Source: an uncultured Flavobacterium sp. (GTDB lineage: Bacteria > Bacteroidota > Bacteroidia > Flavobacteriales > Flavobacteriaceae). From it: a stretch of DNA of 64,000 nt. A program made the position numbers and the translations under genes. The stretch spans positions 115,165 to 179,164 of the forward strand of contig CAZTLN010000002.1 of NCBI GenBank assembly GCA_964614445.1, written 5' to 3'. Positions 28,496 to 38,070 of the stretch are shown here, piece after piece (positions within the stretch are counted from its first letter, which is position 1; every line of letters starts with the position of its first letter). The notes under the pieces were generated by a model. That model was not told the DNA's origin. It ran no database searches and saw only the letters and a list, made by a program, of their open reading frames with translations.

Positions 28496-30115
28496 CTAAA
28501 TGGATTGATGAGCTTCCTTAAGCAAATCATTAACAGTCTTCACCGGATTGAAAGTAATAAGTGGTACCTCAACAAAAACGGTCAGCCAATTTGCCATAGC
28601 TCCATTCCATAAACCGGGTAATTCATAAGCTTTAATGTCTCTTCCCTCGAATGTTTTTTCAACTATAAAACCACTATCTGGATCAACAAACTTTGTTAAA
28701 TCAAATTTTTCATTTTTGTAATTTTTTGTCCCACAAACCAAATCCACAGGATTAAAATGAGACGAATCGTCAAAAATTTTGGCTTGTTCCGGATTAGTTA
28801 AATCCACTTGCGAGGATTCAACTATTTGCAGGCTAACCTCATTATCAGCATTTATTACCCAAAAAGGACCTCCTCCTGGTTCTCCTTCATTTTTCACCAT
28901 TCCACAAACACGAATCGGACGATTTAAGACCTGATGTAGACGTATAATTTTCGCCTCTGTGCCCAAGTTATCAAAACCATGATTGACTTCGAAATTAATT
29001 TTATCCTTCAAAAAGGCTTTAATTTCTATAATCTGCTCTGGAGAAATTACACCTGAATCAATTAGAAGTAAATAATCAAAAATCTGTCTTTGCAGTTCAA
29101 CTAAAACACCTGCCAGCGCTTTCTTATATAATGCTATATTTTCATTATTATGCAAAATCACATTGTCAATGTTCTTAATGAAAATAACATCGGCATCCAG
29201 TTTGTTCAAATTGCCAATTAAGGCTCCATGACCTCCAGGTCTGAATAATAATCGACCATCGCTTTTTCTGAATGGACTATTATTCTCATCAACCGCAATA
29301 GTATCGGTACTTTTGTCTTGGTACGAATAACTTACCTGGATAGTTGTATCTGTTTCATTTTCGACATTACCTTTTACGGAATCAATTATCTGTTCAAATT
29401 GTGATTGGTGTGATTCTGATACCGTAAAATGTAAAAATGAATTATGATTTGAACTTGAATAATAACCACATTCGTACAAATGTTCTTCAATGGGTGTGGC
29501 AATCGTTGTGGCATATTTATGAAAAGGCAAAATTCCTTTTGGTTTGTTTGCAAAATCAAAATAGTCCGAAGAGAGCATAAACTTTACAAAATAATAGTTC
29601 TTATAATCTCGGGACAAAGAATCAAAATCATCTATCTCTTCCTTTAATTTGCTGTAAACACTGTTAAAAAAAGGAAATTTGTCCATCCCCACTATAAAAA
29701 CCATCAGTTTGTCATCCTTTTTTCGGTTGATGTATGCATTGATTGTTTCATTTTCGACATCAAAATCATTGAGAAAAACACTCAAAAACTTAAACATCCT
29801 ACTTGCCGCACCAGATGCAGGCACAAATTTCAGCAATTTAAATTTTGATTTATGGCTGTCAAAAAAATCAGCTTTTTGGATAAAATTACTTTGGGATAAT
29901 TTGATTATTCCGTTACCAAGAGTGGCTGGTTCCACTAATTTCATTTTAGGTATGCCTTTTTGAAAAATATCCAGCTGCTTTTGGATATTGCCTAAGGGAA
30001 TTCCATAATCTTTGATTTGAGCAAGATCATTTAAGGAAAAGTTCTTCATACTACTTTTATCTGAATCCTTTATAATTTCCTGGATATCTGAATTTGATTT
30101 ATTAACTCCCTGCAT
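28496..30115 (-). CDS. DUF4301 family protein (putative nucleotidyltransferase)
   Basis: KFVPASGAASRMFK, RPGGHGAL, FIKNIDNV, CGMVKNEGEPGGGPFW, ELPGLWNGAM, FNPVKTVNDLL. Confidence 0.88.
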   Translation of the reverse strand: MQGVNKSNSDIQEIIKDSDKSSMKNFSLNDLAQIKDYGIPLGNIQKQLDIFQKGIPKMKLVEPATLGNGIIKLSQSNFIQKADFFDSHKSKFKLLKFVPASGAASRMFKFLSVFLNDFDVENETINAYINRKKDDKLMVFIVGMDKFPFFNSVYSKLKEEIDDFDSLSRDYKNYYFVKFMLSSDYFDFANKPKGILPFHKYATTIATPIEEHLYECGYYSSSNHNSFLHFTVSESHQSQFEQIIDSVKGNVENETDTTIQVSYSYQDKSTDTIAVDENNSPFRKSDGRLLFRPGGHGALIGNLNKLDADVIFIKNIDNVILHNNENIALYKKALAGVLVELQRQIFDYLLLIDSGVISPEQIIEIKAFLKDKINFEVNHGFDNLGTEAKIIRLHQVLNRPIRVCGMVKNEGEPGGGPFWVINADNEVSLQIVESSQVDLTNPEQAKIFDDSSHFNPVDLVCGTKNYKNEKFDLTKFVDPDSGFIVEKTFEGRDIKAYELPGLWNGAMANWLTVFVEVPLITFNPVKTVNDLLKEAHQSI

Positions 30116-30216
30116 GATTCACAAATGATTATTGCAATTAACAAAACTTAAATTACAACAAATTAATAACTTTTAAAAATAAGCTCAACAATTCTAAAGA
30201 TGAATTTTACCATTAT

Positions 30217-30840
30217 TTAAAGTAAACCCTCTTTTTCTTTCAGGATTTTTCGCCATTCTAAATAAGCTGATATAGCTAAAGTCGTAAAAATCAAATACTG
30301 CAGGGACAACATCCCTAGTCCTCTGTAGGCATACAATGGCGTCACAATTATATCCCCAATGATCCATAGTGTCCAATTCTCAATTTTCTTATGAGCCATA
30401 AACCACATACCGGCAAAAAATATTCCAGATGCTAGAATATCCACATAATTGTCAGTATGAATCTGATAATCAAAAATTATATAAATCAAGTATACAACCA
30501 TTACTGTAATAAAAAACAATCCAAACCCAACCAGCTTTTCTTTAATACTTGACCTGGATATTGGCAGTTTCTCATCATTATCTATTTTCCTTGTCCATTT
30601 ATACCAACCATAAATACTCATTATGGTAAAATACCCATTGATAATCATGTCCCCAACATAACCCGCGATAAAAAGCAAATAAACCGTTATAACAGTTGCA
30701 ACGATGCCGGTGGGATACACCAACACATTTTCTTTTTTTGCAAAAACAACACTTAGAATACCAAATACAAAAACAACAAACTCCAAAAAGATTTGTGTTA
30801 TTGAAGCATCTTTATAGGCATTAAGAAAAAAATCTATCAT
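30217..30840 (-). CDS. pnuC: PnuC-family vitamin/nucleoside transporter
   Basis: YPTGIV, YGWYKW, KKIENWTLWIIGD motifs; about 7 TM segments. Confidence 0.9.
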   Translation of the reverse strand: MIDFFLNAYKDASITQIFLEFVVFVFGILSVVFAKKENVLVYPTGIVATVITVYLLFIAGYVGDMIINGYFTIMSIYGWYKWTRKIDNDEKLPISRSSIKEKLVGFGLFFITVMVVYLIYIIFDYQIHTDNYVDILASGIFFAGMWFMAHKKIENWTLWIIGDIIVTPLYAYRGLGMLSLQYLIFTTLAISAYLEWRKILKEKEGLL

Positions 30841-31592
30841 TTTAAATCTAAAATCTTATGTACACTATACTTATTAAAAAATTCCGTATCCTTCTCAAAA
30901 GCGGTACCAATTACCACCATGTCCGCCCCTGCATTGTAAGCATCCTGAATACCGCGCAAATGTATAATTCCTCCGCCAACAATTACAGGAATAAGAACAT
31001 TTTTAGAAACCAGTGATATCATCTCAATAGGAACGGACTGCATAGCACCACTCCCAGCTTCCAAATAGACCAGTTTGTTACCCAACATTTCACCAGCCTG
31101 ACAGGTGGCAAGAACACGATCGTTGTCAGTTCTTGAAATAGGGGTGGTATTACTCACACGCTCCACTGCTGTTTGGGATCCGCTTTCAATTAAAAGATAG
31201 GCCGTAGGAATAATTTCTAAATTTGTTTTCTTCAAAATTGGCGCAGCCTGCACATGATATTCAATCAAATAATCGGGGTTTCGTCCAGACAATAACGAGA
31301 GAAACAAAATTCCATCAGCATTTTCTGAAATCTGTGAGGGATGTCCCGGGAAAAGAATTATCGGAAGTGATAAGTCCTTCTTTATTTTTGCAATTAAATT
31401 GTCCAGTATATCGTTGGTCACCAGGCTCCCACCTATAAGTAAATGTGTTGCCGGGGATCGTTTAATATTAACAACCAGTTCATCTAAATTTTCCCAGATT
31501 ATTTTATCGGGATCAATAAGGATCGCTAGTAATTTATTTCCTGTTAACTTCGCCTTAAGGATATCTTTATATAGAATGGTACTACTATTCAT
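30837..31592 (-). CDS. Geranylgeranylglyceryl/heptaprenylglyceryl phosphate synthase (group II GGGPS, PcrB-like family)
   Basis: LIDPDK, GGS, FPG..SQI, LSLLSGRNP, YLEAGSGA, IVGGGI, VVIGT. Confidence 0.93.
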   Translation of the reverse strand: MNSSTILYKDILKAKLTGNKLLAILIDPDKIIWENLDELVVNIKRSPATHLLIGGSLVTNDILDNLIAKIKKDLSLPIILFPGHPSQISENADGILFLSLLSGRNPDYLIEYHVQAAPILKKTNLEIIPTAYLLIESGSQTAVERVSNTTPISRTDNDRVLATCQAGEMLGNKLVYLEAGSGAMQSVPIEMISLVSKNVLIPVIVGGGIIHLRGIQDAYNAGADMVVIGTAFEKDTEFFNKYSVHKILDLK

Positions 31593-31694
31593 TTAAATTT
31601 TAGATGCTTATTTTGGGAGTATTATTTAATTAATGACGTTAAAAATGAAAAGTGTTTTTATCATTCTCATCAAAAATTACTAAAAACGAAAAAA

Positions 31695-32327
31695 CTATTT
31701 TTCCATGGCGTAAACCAGGCTAAAATCTTCTACATCTTCAAAAAATACTTTAAACTCTTCATTAATCCCATTAAAATTCAAATTTGCAAGTGCAGTAAAC
31801 TCTTCCAATCTGAATTCAGCCACATTAATATGATCTTTAAAACTAATTCCCTTCTCGTTTCTGATTTTAAAAATAGATTCCTTGATACCCCAAATCACAG
31901 TTAACTTTTTAATATAGTCTGTTGAGTGATCTTTTTCCAAAAATTCGAATTCAGCATTACAAAATTTATCAGCAATTCGGATAATTTTCTCCCGCTGAAG
32001 TTCAATATCAATACCCACTTTTTTATCACTTATAATTATAGAAGAAAATTGGTGAGAATGCGTTATTGAAATATATTTGCCATCATGCAAATGTGGTTTT
32101 CCGAATTCATCATAATATAAATCAAAATCATTATAACCGGCTTCGCCCAAAAGTTTTCGGACGCTGAGAAAACCTCTTTGATGTAATTCAGACTTCATAC
32201 CCTCAACGCGCTGCTTACAGCTTTCTTTCAGAGCTATTTCTTCTGATAATTTCTGAAAGGACTCTGTAATCTTCCATACGTAGACAGTTGTTGAACTATC
32301 GAAATTATATTTTTTGAATAGAGGCAT
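31695..32327 (-). CDS. 4'-phosphopantetheinyl transferase (Sfp-type)
   Basis: YDEFGKP, ISITHS, VGIDIE, WGIKES. Confidence 0.88.
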   Translation of the reverse strand: MPLFKKYNFDSSTTVYVWKITESFQKLSEEIALKESCKQRVEGMKSELHQRGFLSVRKLLGEAGYNDFDLYYDEFGKPHLHDGKYISITHSHQFSSIIISDKKVGIDIELQREKIIRIADKFCNAEFEFLEKDHSTDYIKKLTVIWGIKESIFKIRNEKGISFKDHINVAEFRLEEFTALANLNFNGINEEFKVFFEDVEDFSLVYAMEK

Positions 32328-32574
32328 GATATTTATATCCCTGAATTATGACCCAAAAACAAACAAAATACTTTTAAAAAATGATAGCAGAACATAATAT
32401 CTGCTGGGAATGGATTTTTACTAAAAAAACAACTTTCTGAATTGCAATATATTAGTACACAAAAATCCCAATCATTAAATCATTTGAACAATTCATAAAT
32501 ATTGTTTAAATTAGTTTAAAATTGAAGTTATTGTTTAATTTTGTCAAAAATTTATAATTACAAATATACTATAA

Positions 32575-33891
32575 ATGAGTACTACAACAATTCCATATGT
32601 TCCATACAAAGTTAAAGACATTACTCTGGCTGAATGGGGAAGAAAAGAAATTCAATTAGCTGAAGCTGAAATGCCAGGATTAATGGCAATTCGCGAGGAG
32701 TATGGCCCAAGCCAACCTTTAAAAGGAGCTCGTATCGCGGGGTGTTTACACATGACGATCCAGACTGCTGTGCTAATCGAAACTTTGGCGGCTTTAGGAG
32801 CTGAAGTTACCTGGTCTTCTTGCAACATTTTCTCTACTCAGGATCACGCTGCTGCTGCAATTGCTGCTGCGGGAATTCCGGTTTATGCCTGGAAAGGTTT
32901 AAATGAAGAAGAATTTGACTGGTGTATTGAACAAACCTTATTCTTTGGAGAGGACAGAAAACCATTGAACATGATATTGGATGATGGTGGAGACTTAACT
33001 AATATGGTTTTTGACCGTTACCCTGAATTAACTGCTAACATCAAAGGACTTTCTGAAGAAACTACTACAGGAGTTCACCGTCTCTACGAAAGAATGAAAA
33101 ACGGAACTTTGGTAATGCCCGCAATCAACGTAAATGATTCGGTTACCAAGTCAAAATTTGATAACAAATACGGATGTAAAGAATCAGCTGTTGATGCTGT
33201 TCGCCGTGCAACTGACATTATGTTGGCTGGTAAAAGAGTTGTTGTTTGTGGATACGGTGACGTTGGTAAAGGTACTGCTGCTTCTTTCCGTGGTGCTGGT
33301 TCTATAGTTACTGTTACTGAAATCGATCCTATCTGTGCTTTACAAGCAGCAATGGATGGTTACGAAGTAAAACGTTTAGATACTGTAGTTGATAATGCTG
33401 ACATCATCATTACTACAACAGGTAACTTTAATATTGTAAGAGGCGAGCACTTCTTAAAATTAAAGGACAAGGCTATCGTTTGTAATATCGGACACTTCGA
33501 TAACGAAATCGATATGGCTTGGTTGAACGCCAACTATGGTGCTACAAAATCTGAAGTTAAACCACAAGTTGACATTTATAATGTAGAAGGAAAAGAAATC
33601 ATCATCCTTGCGGAAGGGCGTTTGGTAAACTTAGGATGTGCGACAGGACACCCATCTTTTGTAATGTCTAACTCATTCTCAAACCAAACTTTAGCTCAAA
33701 TCGAACTTTGGAATAACTCAGCTGCTTACGGAAACGAAGTATATATGTTACCAAAGCATTTAGATGAAAAAGTTGCTGCCTTACACCTTAAAAAATTAAG
33801 TGTAGAATTGGAAGTCCTTTCTAAGGAACAAGCTGATTATATTGGTGTTGCAGTTGAAGGCCCATATAAACCGGAATATTACAGATACTAA
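32575..33891 (+). CDS. ahcY: S-adenosylhomocysteine hydrolase
   Basis: [60 protein letters not shown] promoter near 32536. Confidence 0.99.
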   Translation: MSTTTIPYVPYKVKDITLAEWGRKEIQLAEAEMPGLMAIREEYGPSQPLKGARIAGCLHMTIQTAVLIETLAALGAEVTWSSCNIFSTQDHAAAAIAAAGIPVYAWKGLNEEEFDWCIEQTLFFGEDRKPLNMILDDGGDLTNMVFDRYPELTANIKGLSEETTTGVHRLYERMKNGTLVMPAINVNDSVTKSKFDNKYGCKESAVDAVRRATDIMLAGKRVVVCGYGDVGKGTAASFRGAGSIVTVTEIDPICALQAAMDGYEVKRLDTVVDNADIIITTTGNFNIVRGEHFLKLKDKAIVCNIGHFDNEIDMAWLNANYGATKSEVKPQVDIYNVEGKEIIILAEGRLVNLGCATGHPSFVMSNSFSNQTLAQIELWNNSAAYGNEVYMLPKHLDEKVAALHLKKLSVELEVLSKEQADYIGVAVEGPYKPEYYRY

Positions 33892-33936
33892 ATCTTTATT
33901 TTTCAATTATTAACAAAATTGAAATATACAACAATC

Positions 33937-33968
33937 AAAAGCCCTTACCTTTCCGGTAGGGGCTTTTT
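33937..33968 (+). terminator. ahcY terminator
   Basis: AAAAGCCCTTACC-TTTCC-GGTAGGGGCTTTTT. Confidence 0.85.
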
Positions 33969-34074
33969 GTTCAGTTCATTTTTCTCCAAATATTAAAAAA
34001 AATTCCTTTTTTAATATTATTGATTAAACCATTCTTCTTATTTGACATCTTAAGATTAGTTTCATAAAATTAAC

Positions 34075-36891
34075 ATGTCAAGACATTTATCACTACTATT
34101 TTTATTTGCCTTTTCTTTTTTTGCATCGGCACAAAACGCAGTCACTATTAAAGGAAAAGTCCTAAACATTAACGACCAGCAACCCTTAGAAAGTGCAACG
34201 GTTTACTTTACAACAGTTAAAGATTCAACTGTGCTTGAATATACTTTAACAGACAAAAATGGAGATTTTATTTTTCAGGCAAAAAAAACCGAAAAACCCG
34301 TATTTCTGAAGGTTACATATATGGGTTTTCAAACCTTCAAAGAAGAACAAAAAGACATTTCATCTGATAAAGATTTTAAAAACATCTTCCTTTTAGAATC
34401 CGTAAATTCACTGGCAGAGGTAACAATAAAAAGTGAAGATGTACCGATTCGAATAAAAAATGACACCATTGAATTCAAGGCTTCCCTTTTTAAGGTGCGT
34501 CCTGACGCTAACGTCGAAACCTTATTAAAAACCTTGCCTGGATTTGAGGTTGATAACGACGGAAAGATTACCGTTAACGGAAAAGAAGTAACTCAGGTAT
34601 TAGTAAACGGCAAACCATTCTTTGACAGGGACGGAACTATGGCAATCAAAAATTTACCTGCCGAAATCATCAACAAAGTTCAGGTTTCTGATTTCAAAAC
34701 TAAAAAAGAAGAATATTCCAAAGATCAGGCTGAATCAGACAATTCCAGCATAAATCTTACAATTGATGAAGATAAAAACAAAGGATATTTTGGAAAATTC
34801 CTTGGTGGTTATGGAACAAACGACCGTTACGAGTCCAGTTTTATTTTAAACTTTTTCAACAATGATAGAAAGATAAGTCTTTTAGGATCTTCCAATAATA
34901 TAAATGCTCCAGGATTTTCACAGGATGAAGTATTTGACAATATGGGAGGAGGCCGGAACAGTAGAGGCGGAACAGTAAACAGAGGCCAGGCCAGAGGTAT
35001 CACCAAGTCAAATTTGCTCGGAATGAATTATTCCGATCAATTGTTTAAGGATTTTCAGGTAAATGCAAACTATAATTACTCCGACACAAATACCGAAAAC
35101 AAAAGTTCATCCAGTTCAACTAATTTCAGACCAGATGGTGATTTTACAACTGTTTCTCACTCTATATCTGAAGATTCAAACACCAGCAACAAAGCCAATG
35201 TAGAATTGGAGTACAAAATATCTCCAACAATTCGATTATTTGTTGCACCAAAATTCAGCACATCAGAATCTGACAGTTATTCTAAATCCGATAGCGATTC
35301 CAGATCATTAGATGGAACAAGAAGAAATGATTTTAATTCAGAGTCAAGTAGCAGAAGTGATTCTAACAATTTTAGCAACTCTATTAACTTCAATAAATCC
35401 TTTGAAAAAAAGGTGCGTAATCTTAGTATCATTTTAAATACTAATAACAACAGTTCTAACTCAAATAGACTTACCGAATCGACAACTAATTACTACACAA
35501 CCAACAAACAAGACATAAGAAACCAAAACAGTTTAAGTGACAACATCAGCGATTCCTATTCTGCCGAAATTGAATATACAGAACCTGTAACCGATTCGAT
35601 TCGTTTTAGAATTGGTATAGAATACAATTACCAAAACAACATCAGAGACACAAAAACATACGATGATGACAACAATGATAGAATTTACTCTGATTTAAAT
35701 GACTTACAGACAAATTATATCACTTCAAAACGCAATAGTCTAGCCCCTAAGGCAGGTTTCAGAGTACAAAAAAACAAATTCACTTTTGACGTAAATTCTT
35801 CAACTTCGATATTACAATACGATAATCACTCTTTCTATTTGAATCAATCTACAGATTTAAACAAAAAATACTTCTTGCCCTACGCAGGAGCTCAAATTAG
35901 ATATAGGGTAGACCGATCTAAGTTTTTAATAACTCGCTATAATTATAGCCTTTCGTTACCATCAGCAACTGAGTTACTACCTATAGAAAATATTTCTAAT
36001 CCTTTGAATACAATCGTTGGTAACCCTAATTTAAAGCCAACAGAAACCCACAGTGCAAATATTAATTATCGCAATTTTGACTTCAGAACCAGATCTGGTT
36101 ACAATTTTTACATTAACACCAATTTCAACAATAATGATGTAATCTCTTCTTCAATATATGATGCCGACAGAAAAAGAAGAACCACTTATGAAAACATATC
36201 AGGAACATACTCGGTTTCTGGAGGAGGAAGCTGGAATAAATCTATTAAGCAGGAAGAAAATTTATTGCGCTACGGAATTGCATTAAACGCAAATCACTCC
36301 TTTTCTAAGGGGTTTACAGATGGCGTATTATACGGAGCCAAATCCATGGGAATTTCTCCTAGAATATATTTCAATTATGATTATGGCCAATTTCTCACCG
36401 TTGCGCCATCCTACAATTTTTCATATAATGAAACCAATTATGAAATAAGCACCCTTAGATCGAGATCAAATGTAGTACACCGAATAAATCTTCAAACAAC
36501 GAGTTATTGGCCAACTAACTGGATTTGGGGTAATGATTTTGGTTACACATACAACTCTATTAATCAGGACTATTATTTATGGAATACCAGTTTATCCTAT
36601 TCCTTCTTAAAGAAAAACTTCGTGGCAAAAGTTAAAGTTTATGATGTTTTGAATCAAAATCAGAGTATAACCAGAAGTATTTCAACTACATCGGTAAGCG
36701 ACAATGAAAACACGGTATTAAAACGCTACGCTATGTTTTCTTTAACTTACAAAATTCAAGACTTCTCAGGAATGAAAAATGCTCCAGGAAGAAATAACCG
36801 AGGAATGGACAGAATGGACAGAGGAGACCGACCTGGTAACCCTGATGTAGGGCCAGAAGGTTTTGGCGGAGGCGGAAGAAATATGGATTAA
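34075..36891 (+). CDS. Outer-membrane beta-barrel protein (carboxypeptidase-regulatory-like N-domain, TBDT-like plug and barrel)
   Basis: Signal peptide, DTIEFKAS, LLKTLPG, VNGKPFF; barrel-type C-terminus (KVYDVLNQN...RYAMFSLTYKI). Confidence 0.82.
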   Translation: MSRHLSLLFLFAFSFFASAQNAVTIKGKVLNINDQQPLESATVYFTTVKDSTVLEYTLTDKNGDFIFQAKKTEKPVFLKVTYMGFQTFKEEQKDISSDKDFKNIFLLESVNSLAEVTIKSEDVPIRIKNDTIEFKASLFKVRPDANVETLLKTLPGFEVDNDGKITVNGKEVTQVLVNGKPFFDRDGTMAIKNLPAEIINKVQVSDFKTKKEEYSKDQAESDNSSINLTIDEDKNKGYFGKFLGGYGTNDRYESSFILNFFNNDRKISLLGSSNNINAPGFSQDEVFDNMGGGRNSRGGTVNRGQARGITKSNLLGMNYSDQLFKDFQVNANYNYSDTNTENKSSSSSTNFRPDGDFTTVSHSISEDSNTSNKANVELEYKISPTIRLFVAPKFSTSESDSYSKSDSDSRSLDGTRRNDFNSESSSRSDSNNFSNSINFNKSFEKKVRNLSIILNTNNNSSNSNRLTESTTNYYTTNKQDIRNQNSLSDNISDSYSAEIEYTEPVTDSIRFRIGIEYNYQNNIRDTKTYDDDNNDRIYSDLNDLQTNYITSKRNSLAPKAGFRVQKNKFTFDVNSSTSILQYDNHSFYLNQSTDLNKKYFLPYAGAQIRYRVDRSKFLITRYNYSLSLPSATELLPIENISNPLNTIVGNPNLKPTETHSANINYRNFDFRTRSGYNFYINTNFNNNDVISSSIYDADRKRRTTYENISGTYSVSGGGSWNKSIKQEENLLRYGIALNANHSFSKGFTDGVLYGAKSMGISPRIYFNYDYGQFLTVAPSYNFSYNETNYEISTLRSRSNVVHRINLQTTSYWPTNWIWGNDFGYTYNSINQDYYLWNTSLSYSFLKKNFVAKVKVYDVLNQNQSITRSISTTSVSDNENTVLKRYAMFSLTYKIQDFSGMKNAPGRNNRGMDRMDRGDRPGNPDVGPEGFGGGGRNMD

Positions 36892-36913
36892 GAAATATTT
36901 ATTCATGATATGC

Positions 36914-36951
36914 AATCCCTTTGTCTTAAAGACAAAGGGATTTATTTTTTT
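36914..36951 (+). terminator. Terminator of the beta-barrel gene
   Basis: AATCCCTTTGTCT-TAA-AGACAAAGGGATT-TATTTTTT. Confidence 0.85.
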
Positions 36952-37059
36952 ACCAACACAGTGGTATAAAAAATACCCTCACAAACTTGCAAAACTATTT
37001 TAAAACTTCGAGCGATAATTTACCTTTTCACAAGTCCATTTAATTTTCGACCAAGGCAT

Positions 37060-37093
37060 AAAAAAACCGTTAACACTGTTAACGGTTTTTTTT
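37060..37093 (-). terminator. rplU-rpmA terminator
   Basis: AAAAAAACCGTTAAC-ACT-GTTAACGGTTTTTTT. Confidence 0.85.
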
Positions 37094-37110
37094 GATAGAT
37101 TATTAATCAA

Positions 37111-37377
37111 TTACGCTTGAGCTTCAAATGGAAGTATAGAAACGTATGATTTGTTATCTTTTTTCTTTTGGAACTTAACGATTCCGTCTACTTTTGCGTG
37201 TAGTGTGTGATCTTTACTGATGTAAACATTCTCACCTGGATTGTGTTTAGAACCTCTTTGTCTTACGATGATGTTCCCTGCGATAGCAGCTTGTCCACCA
37301 AAAATCTTAACACCTAAACGTTTCGATTCTGATTCTCTACCGTTCTTAGAACTACCGACACCTTTCTTATGAGCCAT
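37111..37377 (-). CDS. rpmA: 50S ribosomal protein bL27
   Basis: [22 protein letters not shown]. Confidence 0.99.
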   Translation of the reverse strand: MAHKKGVGSSKNGRESESKRLGVKIFGGQAAIAGNIIVRQRGSKHNPGENVYISKDHTLHAKVDGIVKFQKKKDNKSYVSILPFEAQA

Positions 37378-37400
37378 GATGTTTAAGTTTTATATTGTTA

Positions 37401-37829
37401 TTATTCTTGAGTTTCCTCTTTTTTTGCTTTAGGAGCTCTTTTCTTTGGAGCTGCCTCAGCTGTTTCTTCAGTTGCTTCTACTGCCGCTGCTTTTTTGGTA
37501 GCCGCTTTTTTAGAACCTCCTGCAGTAATTCCTTCAATTACAATTTGAGTAAGATATTGTCTATGACCATTTCTCTTTTTGTATCCTTTTCTTCTTTTCT
37601 TTTTGAAAACGATAACTTTGTCTCCTTTTAAGTGTTGTAACACTTTGGCTTCTACTGAAGCACCTTCTATAGCTGGGGCGCCTAAAGTTACATTCCCATT
37701 GTCATCTACTAAAAGAACTTTATCAAAAGAAACTTTTGATCCTTCTTCGTTAGCCAAACGGTGAACATAAACCTTTAAGTCTTTGCTTACTTTGAATTGT
37801 TGCCCTGCTATCTCTACGATTGCATACAT
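37401..37829 (-). CDS. rplU: 50S ribosomal protein bL21 with an A/K/E-rich tail
   Basis: [36 protein letters not shown] promoter at 37860-37867 (complement). Confidence 0.98.
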   Translation of the reverse strand: MYAIVEIAGQQFKVSKDLKVYVHRLANEEGSKVSFDKVLLVDDNGNVTLGAPAIEGASVEAKVLQHLKGDKVIVFKKKRRKGYKKRNGHRQYLTQIVIEGITAGGSKKAATKKAAAVEATEETAEAAPKKRAPKAKKEETQE

Positions 37830-38070
37830 ATCAAATTGATTTATTAATTTTTAAGGTTGCAAATATACAACTTAATTTTTACTATACAATCCCTTGAAAA
37901 TAAAAAATTATTTCAAACCATTTTCCTTTATTATCAGTACTTAAGAACATCTCAGCACAACAACAAAAGATTTAATTCGATGGATATTAAAGAATGCGTA
38001 TTAAAAAAAAGTATTTTTGACATGAAGGTAATTCTTATTATCTTATAAAAACTACAATTACTAACCCCAT

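Noticed and set aside
32330-32574. SAH/SAM riboswitch upstream of ahcY (hairpins AGCAGA/TCTGCT and GATTTTT/AAAAATC)
   Set aside because: No aptamer consensus. The TAATTTTG promoter near 32536 leaves only a short ahcY leader, so these weak stems lie upstream of it.
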